Below, piece by piece: positions 61,752 to 64,000 of a stretch of 64,000 bases of DNA. The notes beneath the pieces were generated by a model. The model was not told the origin of the DNA and made no database searches. It worked only from the letters and a program-made list of their open reading frames with translations. The stretch is taken from positions 608,001-672,000 of the forward strand of contig OY970176.1 in assembly GCA_963707955.1 (NCBI GenBank), written 5' to 3'. The position numbers and the translations under genes were made by a program. Every line of letters begins with the position of its first letter. Position 1 is the first letter of the stretch. Origin of the DNA: Candidatus Bathyarchaeota archaeon (lineage in GTDB: Archaea; Thermoproteota; Bathyarchaeia; Bathyarchaeales; Bathycorpusculaceae).

Positions 61752-63026
61752 ATGGAAGGAAAATCGATTGATGTTGACAAGACCGTGATGGAACTGGTTA
61801 TGACCGATGATCCAGCGAAGAAGAAGCAACTAGCCAAAACAATCTTTGACATCGCGTACGAAGAAGGGAGTTACCCATCGAGCATCCATGAATTCTACAT
61901 GGCCCGCGGCAGAGGCGAATTCGGCGGTTTCACAGTCCCCGCGATAAACCTGAGAAGCCTGACTTATGATCTGGCTCGCAGAATATTCAGAGTAGCCAAA
62001 AGAAACAACTCTGGCGCATTCATCTTTGAGATAGCCAGGTCCGAGGTGGGCTACACAAATCAGTCGCCGACAGAATATGCAGCCATGGTCATGGCGGCTG
62101 CGGTAAAGGAAGGCTATTCCGGTCCGATCTTCATCCAAGGAGACCATTTTCAGGTCAACGCCGCCAAATACAGAGAGAAGCCAGATAAAGAGATAGAAAG
62201 CTTGCAAGCTTTGATCACCGACGCAATCAGCTCAGGCTTCTACAACATCGACATCGACTCGTCGACGCTAGTGGACCTGTCCAAGCCTGACCCGAAAGAA
62301 CAACAGCTTCTCAATTTTGAGATCTGCGCAAAATTGACACAGTTCATTCGCCACATTGAGCCAAAGGGGATTACAGTTTCCGTGGGTGGCGAGATTGGGG
62401 AAATTGGACATCAGAATTCAACGCCCGAAGACCTGAGTACATTCATGGCAGGCCTAAAAGACATGTTACCCAGGGGACTGGCTGGAATAAGCAAAATCTC
62501 AGTCCAGACTGGAACAACTCACGGAGGAGTAGTACTCCCCGACGGCTCAATCGCGCAAATAGACCTCGACTTCAACGCTCTAAGGACCCTTTCGGAGATC
62601 GCCCGCAAAGAGTACGGGTTGGCAGGGGCCGTGCAGCACGGCGCATCAACCCTTCCGCTTCAGGCATTCCACAATTTCGTTGAGTGCGAGACAGCTGAAG
62701 TCCATCTGGCGACAGAGTTCCAGAACATGATCTATGAATCAAAACACTTTCCGGCTGATCTAAAGAAGAAAATCTACGAATGGCTGAAAACCAACGCCGC
62801 AAACGAAGCCAAACAAGGCGAAACAGAGGAGCAATTCCTCTATAAAACCCGAAAAAAAGCCCTTGGACCATTCAAGAAAGAGTTCAACGGTCTGCCACAA
62901 GAGACGCGAGATGTAATCGCAGCAGAAATAGAGAACAAATTCGACCTGCTCTTCAGACAACTTAACGCCGTAAACAAAACGGACTTAGTCAACAAGTACG
63001 CGCATGCGCGCTCTTCCCTTGCATAG
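61752..63026 (+). CDS. class II fructose-bisphosphate aldolase family protein
   Basis: VPAINLR, IQGDH, DIDSS, GGEIGEIG, GTTHGG, VQHGAST. Confidence 0.9.
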   Translation: MEGKSIDVDKTVMELVMTDDPAKKKQLAKTIFDIAYEEGSYPSSIHEFYMARGRGEFGGFTVPAINLRSLTYDLARRIFRVAKRNNSGAFIFEIARSEVGYTNQSPTEYAAMVMAAAVKEGYSGPIFIQGDHFQVNAAKYREKPDKEIESLQALITDAISSGFYNIDIDSSTLVDLSKPDPKEQQLLNFEICAKLTQFIRHIEPKGITVSVGGEIGEIGHQNSTPEDLSTFMAGLKDMLPRGLAGISKISVQTGTTHGGVVLPDGSIAQIDLDFNALRTLSEIARKEYGLAGAVQHGASTLPLQAFHNFVECETAEVHLATEFQNMIYESKHFPADLKKKIYEWLKTNAANEAKQGETEEQFLYKTRKKALGPFKKEFNGLPQETRDVIAAEIENKFDLLFRQLNAVNKTDLVNKYAHARSSLA

Positions 63027-63352
63027 TGCACGCTGGAACCCGTCAGTTGACAAGTATAAGACAACGCGGCCGCTCGTCAAGAGTATCTTCGTGTACTTAC
63101 TTCTTTTCAGCATCTACGGTTCTCCAACACTACACTTTGCCATGATGTGACAGTGATCGTGGTCACCATGCAACCACAAGCCACAGCGTTCTCTGAATAT
63201 TATCCCGCGCGCACTATTGAATGGTCTGTGAACCGTGGGAGTTGCAGAAGCGTACAAACCTTCCAAGAAACGCAGATAAAAGAGGAGCACAATCTTCTAG
63301 CACAGAACGCGGTATTGGCGCGTGGTGCCGACCTGAATGAGGTAGGAGTGAG

Positions 63353-64000
63353 ATGAGCAGAAGAACAGTCTATTTCCCTCACAGCATGCTGGTTCTCGCA
63401 ATCCTTTTGTTGATACTGGTCGCCGTCGTCGGATTAGTTTTTGTCGGGGTGGTAGGGGTTGCCTTCGCAGACGTCGGGTTCAGCCCCATCGTCATAGTTC
63501 TCATCCTTGTTGCCACTTTCGTCGGAAGTTTTCTCAACATCCCAATTCTGAAACTCAAAGCCTCGGTGCCAATCGTAACGGAAGAATACGTAAGCTTTTT
63601 TGGAGTTATGTACCGAATCCCACAAGTCGAGTACGGTCAAACTGTTACCCTGGTCGCCGTCAACGCTGGAGGGGCTTTGATACCTGCTGCCGTCTCCATT
63701 TACCTGCTCAGCAGAACAGCGCCTGCAACAATTTTGTACAGCATAGTCGGCGTAGCCATCGTCGGATTGATAACTCATGCAGTAGCCAGACCCGTGAAAG
63801 GAGTAGGCATAGTTACTCCAGCGTTCATTCCGCCAATAGCCGCAGCTATAATAGCCATCATTCTCCAACCAGGTTCCGCACGAACAATCGCGTACGTTGC
63901 CGGCGTCCTCGGAACCCTGATAGGCGCAGATCTTACAAACCTCCACGTTATTCCGAAACTCGGCGCGCCCGTCGCCAGCATAGGCGGAGCAGGAACCTTC
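63353..64000 (+). CDS. DUF1614 family membrane protein (runs off window end)
   Basis: Translated by hand: GSFLNIPI, VAVNAGGALIP, GTLIGADL, SIGGAGTF. Confidence 0.88.
   Translation, partial: MSRRTVYFPHSMLVLAILLLILVAVVGLVFVGVVGVAFADVGFSPIVIVLILVATFVGSFLNIPILKLKASVPIVTEEYVSFFGVMYRIPQVEYGQTVTLVAVNAGGALIPAAVSIYLLSRTAPATILYSIVGVAIVGLITHAVARPVKGVGIVTPAFIPPIAAAIIAIILQPGSARTIAYVAGVLGTLIGADLTNLHVIPKLGAPVASIGGAGTF

Noticed and set aside
63434-63946. 170-aa Cys-rich minus-strand ORF
   Set aside because: Shadow of the plus-strand DUF1614 gene; the many other short antisense ORFs over called genes were rejected for the same reason

Overview
Archaeal chromosomal segment, most likely Bathyarchaeia (inferred from gene content and protein style, not a database search). 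Left part (1-18.5 kb) is mostly housekeeping: tRNA-Pro, tRNA-Asn, divergent pyrB/pyrI, a PLP trans-sulfuration enzyme, a radical SAM gene, a porCDAB-type 2-oxoacid:ferredoxin oxidoreductase operon and a stand-alone NurA-HerA pair. It also carries an ArsR-HTH/ATP-cone/class III ribonucleotide reductase fusion whose canonical catalytic residues appear lost. Two ~200-bp elements with co-varying terminal inverted repeats bracket a 5-kb block (18.6-24.0 kb). A type IV pilus locus with three tandem major pilins (24-33 kb) is followed by a TrmB/vWA/MoxR-AAA module. A ~14.6-kb element is integrated at tRNA-Ser(GCT), with a 21-bp att repeat and a tyrosine integrase. Its cargo is an Hna-like helicase-nuclease, a long-variable-arm tRNA-like gene with a GTC anticodon, a module bounded by two tRNA-Pro-like 3' ends, and an AT-rich PEP-utiliser/DHH module flanked by repeated palindromes. 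The window ends with a class II aldolase and a partial DUF1614 gene. No rRNA or CRISPR array was seen. Family calls come from motif recognition by eye.
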